From Chloropicon primus (Eukaryota): a stretch of 64,000 nucleotides of DNA. Within the stretch, counting starts at the first letter, position 1, and every line of letters begins with the position of its first letter. This document shows positions 61,914 through 64,000 of the stretch, piece by piece. The translations under genes and the position numbers were made by a program. The stretch covers positions 1 through 64,000 of the forward strand of contig CP060767.1 in NCBI GenBank assembly GCA_023205875.1. The letters run 5' to 3'. Below the pieces are notes generated by a model. That model ran no database searches. It worked only from the letters and a program-made list of their open reading frames with translations, and was not told the origin of the DNA.

Positions 61914-63174
61914 ATGCGGCGCGCCTCGTGGCACAAGAGGAGTGGGTTTGTTGGACACACCACGAGGGGGTTTCTCTCGGGGAGAGCGTTGGGGTCGGCG
62001 GGGCGTTGCCGTGCCAGGAGGAGCGAGAAGCGGATGGGGAGCGCATGCGCTGTGCCTTGCGTTGCATTGGATGCAGCGCAAACCTTCGACTCCGAGTCGA
62101 AGCGGGAGAGCGACAAGGAAAAGAAGAACGCAAACAAATCCAAGGCGGGGGAGGAGGCCACGACCTCCTTCGCAAGTCCAGCAGGGGAGAGGGGACGGTA
62201 AGTTGCCTCGCACCGCGTCTTGTCTCATGACTTGCTTCTCTAACTCCGCGTCCCGTCTCCTCACTTCCCTCACTCTTCCTCGGCTCAGTGAGACGGAGGA
62301 TGGCCTTTGCAGGCTGAAGATCGGTATCGTTGGATTCGGCACCTTCGGTCAGTTTCTAGCGAAACGTTTCGTTTCTCAGGGGCACGCCGTCCTGGCCACT
62401 TCCCGCTCAGACAAGTACTTGCCAGTTGCCGAGGAGCTTGGCGTCGAATACTTTTCCAACGTGGACGACTTTTGCGAGGAGCACCCCGAAGTCGTCGTGC
62501 TCTGCACGAGTATCTTGTCGACTGAGCGAGTGGTTCAAAAGTTCCCGTTCCTGAGGCTCAAGAGAAACACCTTGCTGGTTGACGTGCTCTCCGTCAAGGA
62601 GTTTCCCAAGAAGTTGTTGTTAAGGGAGGTGCCGGAGGAGTTTGACATTCTTTGCACGCACCCGATGTTCGGACCCGATAGCGGCAAGGGAAGTTGGGAG
62701 GGGCTGCCCATGATGTTCGACAAGGTTAGAATGGACTCGGAGAACAAGAAGAACGAGGAGCGCTGTCACAATTTTTTGAAGATCTTCGAGCACGAGGGGT
62801 GCCGCATGATCCCCATGTCGTGTGAGGAGCATGACAGGCAGGCTGCTTCAACTCAGTTCATCACGCACACCGTGGGAAGAATGCTGGGCGACATGGCGTT
62901 GGAGTCCACCCAGATCAACACGAAAGGATATGAGTCCCTCCTCACGCTGATTGAGAACACCTGCAACGATTCGTTTGAGCTGTACTATGGATTGTTCATG
63001 TACAACCAGAACGCCACAGAGACTCTGGAGGCAATGGAGAGGTCTTTCGATCGAACGAAGAAGAGGCTGTTCGACCAGCTCCACGAGGTGCTGAGGGAGC
63101 AGATCTTTGGGGAGGGCCAGCCGGCGCACATACGGGAGCAGCAGCAAAGTGCAGGAAGGAAACTTAACAAGTAA
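61914..63174 (+). CDS. TyrA: Arogenate dehydrogenase, plastid; exons 61914-62197 and 62289-63174
   Basis: Exon 1 has a transit peptide and ALDAAQTFD; GTAAGT donor at 62198; exon 2 has IGIVGFGTFGQFLA, DVLSVKEFP, THPMFGPDSG, HD..AA.TQFITH; a second in-frame acceptor lies at 62312. Confidence 0.92.
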
Positions 63175-63216
63175 AGATACACACACGCTTGTTGTACACA
63201 CCCAGATAGAGAGCCC

Positions 63217-64000
63217 TCATTTCTGCTCCGAGGACGGCCCTTGATCTTCTCTCCTCCTCTTGCTCGGCCCTTGCCCCTTGTTCCCTGAGGCGCCACTGCT
63301 GGCTTCCCCGCTCGTTGGTTTGCGCTTCTCGGTGGTGGTTGCCCCCTTGGCACCCGCCGTGGGATAGAAGTCCGTGTGAAACGCGTCGTACAGCCTCTTG
63401 ACCTTGGTCGGACCGAGGCCAGGACAGCCACTGAGGTCCTCCTCCGTCAACTGAAGGATGTCCTTGAGGGTGTGGAAAGCAGCAGTCAAGGTGAGGACAT
63501 CCGTCCGGTTCACGCCCCTGATCTGCGTCAGGGCCTGGGTCACCCGCGTCGTGTAGTCCTCCGTCGGCACATTCGTCTTGTTTCCCAGCAACAGATCGTG
63601 AGGCTTCGTCTCATACGTTTTGAAAGTCTCGATGTACCTCGCACACTCCTCGTAGCTCCAGGCGCAGAACAGCGTCAAGTCCGACAAGCAAGCCAGCTTG
63701 GTGATCGCGGCCAAGGGCTTGACAGGGTCGTCCACATCCACGTGGACGAGGAGAACCCTCAGCCTAAAGGCCCTTTGGAGCTCCCTGATCCTCAAGTGGA
63801 TGTACTGCGGGTGAAGGAGGTGGTACTTGAGCGACAGGAAGAGGGCCACGCACGACGGACCCATCTGGTAGTCCGGAACGAGGTCATCCGCGTACTCCCA
63901 CCTCACGTTCTTGATAAACCGGAGCAGAGGGTTTCCCGTCTGCCTCTTGCTCACCCACACCGCCAGACTCGGGTTCCCCGTCGTCGCGTTCGCGTTCTTC
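63217..64000 (-). CDS. ERCC1: ERCC1/RAD10 DNA excision repair protein (5' end beyond the window)
   Basis: VSKRQ.GNPLL..I.NVRW...PDY, LFLSLKYHLLHP.YI, AWSYEECARYIE, HhH motif CPGLGPTKV.RL. Confidence 0.93.
   Translation of the reverse strand, partial: KNANATTGNPSLAVWVSKRQTGNPLLRFIKNVRWEYADDLVPDYQMGPSCVALFLSLKYHLLHPQYIHLRIRELQRAFRLRVLLVHVDVDDPVKPLAAITKLACLSDLTLFCAWSYEECARYIETFKTYETKPHDLLLGNKTNVPTEDYTTRVTQALTQIRGVNRTDVLTLTAAFHTLKDILQLTEEDLSGCPGLGPTKVKRLYDAFHTDFYPTAGAKGATTTEKRKPTSGEASSGASGNKGQGPSKRRREDQGPSSEQK

Overview
Left end of a compact, GC-rich eukaryotic chromosome, almost certainly from a small green alga. Evidence: plastid-targeted GBSS, LPA2, ABC1K8, Deg2, YGGT and PYD1 homologues; TGTAA poly(A) signals; few short GT-AG introns with CTRAC branch points. 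A Chloropicon-like picoalga is my best guess, unverified. The window opens with a (CCTAAAA)n telomere (TTTTAGG on the G strand) joined directly to a 198-bp subtelomeric tandem array. About 32 tightly packed protein genes follow, mostly in alternating head-to-head and tail-to-tail pairs, with microsatellite-rich 5' regions. I found no rRNA, tRNA, CRISPR array or clear transposon. Most interesting: (i) a subtelomeric secreted protein with a Reelin-like subrepeat plus an Ig-like domain; (ii) a tandem ZIP transporter pair with a nearly identical core, one copy fused to a TM+FPxxTxC ectodomain reminiscent of ENaC/DEG-type channels; (iii) an FKBP15/WAFL-like gene; (iv) an EGF-containing GT29 sialyltransferase-like gene; (v) an ADA2 lacking half of its ZZ finger; (vi) two structured minisatellites. 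All family calls come from motif recognition by eye, without database searches.
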